Below are positions 63,072-64,000 of a DNA stretch of 64,000 bases, piece by piece (the stretch's first letter is position 1; each line of letters begins with the position of its first letter). The notes beneath the pieces were generated by a model, which ran no database searches, was not told the origin of the DNA, and saw nothing but the letters and a program-made list of their open reading frames with translations. The translations under genes were made by a program, and so were the position numbers. Source of the DNA: Lepidodermella squamata (lineage: Eukaryota > Animalia > Gastrotricha); NCBI GenBank assembly GCA_047495785.1, contig JBLDXI010000042.1:3720001-3784000 (forward strand), written 5' to 3'.

Positions 63072-64000
63072 TAGTAGGACAGTGGAATTCAGGCCATGCC
63101 AAATTAGCAAATAGAATCGCTGAACTTTTATTCTTAATTCAAACTCTTTTAGTTGACATACTTCTAGTGAACGAAACATGGCTTGATCGCGAAGACGACG
63201 ATGCTTTGGTTGAAATACCAGGTTATACCATATTTAGAACAGACCGAAGAAATCGGGCGGCTAACAATTCAACCTACGGCGGAGTCGCCATTTATGTTAA
63301 AAATACTATTCGTGTTATTGAAAGTTTTAGGCACCAGGCAGACCACAGCGAGTGGATGGCGCTGAAAGTGATGAACTCTCAAGGTGCCACGTTAACTCTA
63401 GCCACTGGGTATAGTTCGCCGGACTATGATCTTGACTTAACTTTTTTGCAGCTTTGCTTGGACGGGCTAGGCGACCCCAATGCTCCTTGTATTTTTGCAG
63501 GTGACCTGAACGCTTGGCACCCTTGCCTTTCGGACTCTAAAAGCCGAAACAAGGCTGGAAACGGCCTCGTTGCGTGGCTCGAAACCGAGGGTCACACGTA
63601 ACGGCAAACGTAAGTAACGGCACTCCAACGCTTTTTCAGCTGCTGGTGTTGGGAGGCAAATCGATATTTGGTTGGGAAACAACGCTGCCCTCGCGTACGT
63701 ATCAAACACCGCAAAGGTATGTGACAAGTTCGGCAGTGATCACTGCGCGACATTGTTGAACGTGGACTTCGAGGCGGTCCCCACGCCTCCACTAGTCAAC
63801 TCGAACGAGCCTCGTCTCAACTTCTACAAGGCCAATTGGAACAGGTTTGAAGAACGGCTTAAGCACTGGCTGAAAGTGTTGGCAGAGCCTGTGAAAGCAA
63901 AACCCGGTGACCCCGTCGACAGCATCGATCGATACGCTGATGCTATCACCGAAGCTATTAAGCGAGCGGCAGCAGAGGTAATCCCGGTGTGTGCCGAAAG
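63068..64000 (+). pseudogene. LINE ORF2 N-terminus (APE endonuclease), disrupted
   Basis: QWN, VNETW, RTDR, GGVAIYV, YSSP, AGDLNA, later GSDH; ATGA overlap with the ORF1 stop; stop at 63599-63601 and frameshifts. Confidence 0.85.

Larger units (their letters stand above)
60988..64000 (+). mobile_element. Non-LTR retrotransposon (LINE, I/Jockey-like), 5' part; runs off the window
   Basis: Interrupts exon 2 of channel copy E; ORF1 with three CCHC knuckles followed by an APE-endonuclease ORF2. Confidence 0.9.

Overview
Eukaryotic, most likely invertebrate metazoan, genomic DNA with mostly short (45-60 bp) GT-AG introns; ORFs were spliced by eye. The left half carries three LAG1/CerS1-type ceramide synthase paralogs, a small secreted orphan, pyruvate kinase, a complete but decayed Mutator (MULE/Phantom-like) transposon encoding a transposase-Ulp1 protease fusion (9-bp TSD), a copine, a glycine-zipper protein ending in a RelE/HigB/YafQ-like toxin motif, GDPD1/3, a fucosyltransferase-like gene, a Cys-rich secreted protein, a PAN/C-type lectin/kringle mosaic gene and an ETS factor. 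The right half (41.6-61 kb) is a tandem array of unusual Cys-loop pentameric ligand-gated ion channel genes (3 intact, 2 broken). Each subunit carries an N-terminal L-type (legume/ConA-like) lectin-like domain on a Thr-rich mucin stalk. The array is interspersed with MITEs and ends at a LINE. The two best candidates for an undescribed system are the lectin-stalk-Cys-loop receptors and the intron-containing polymorphic-toxin-like gene. All domain calls come from motif recognition, not database searches.
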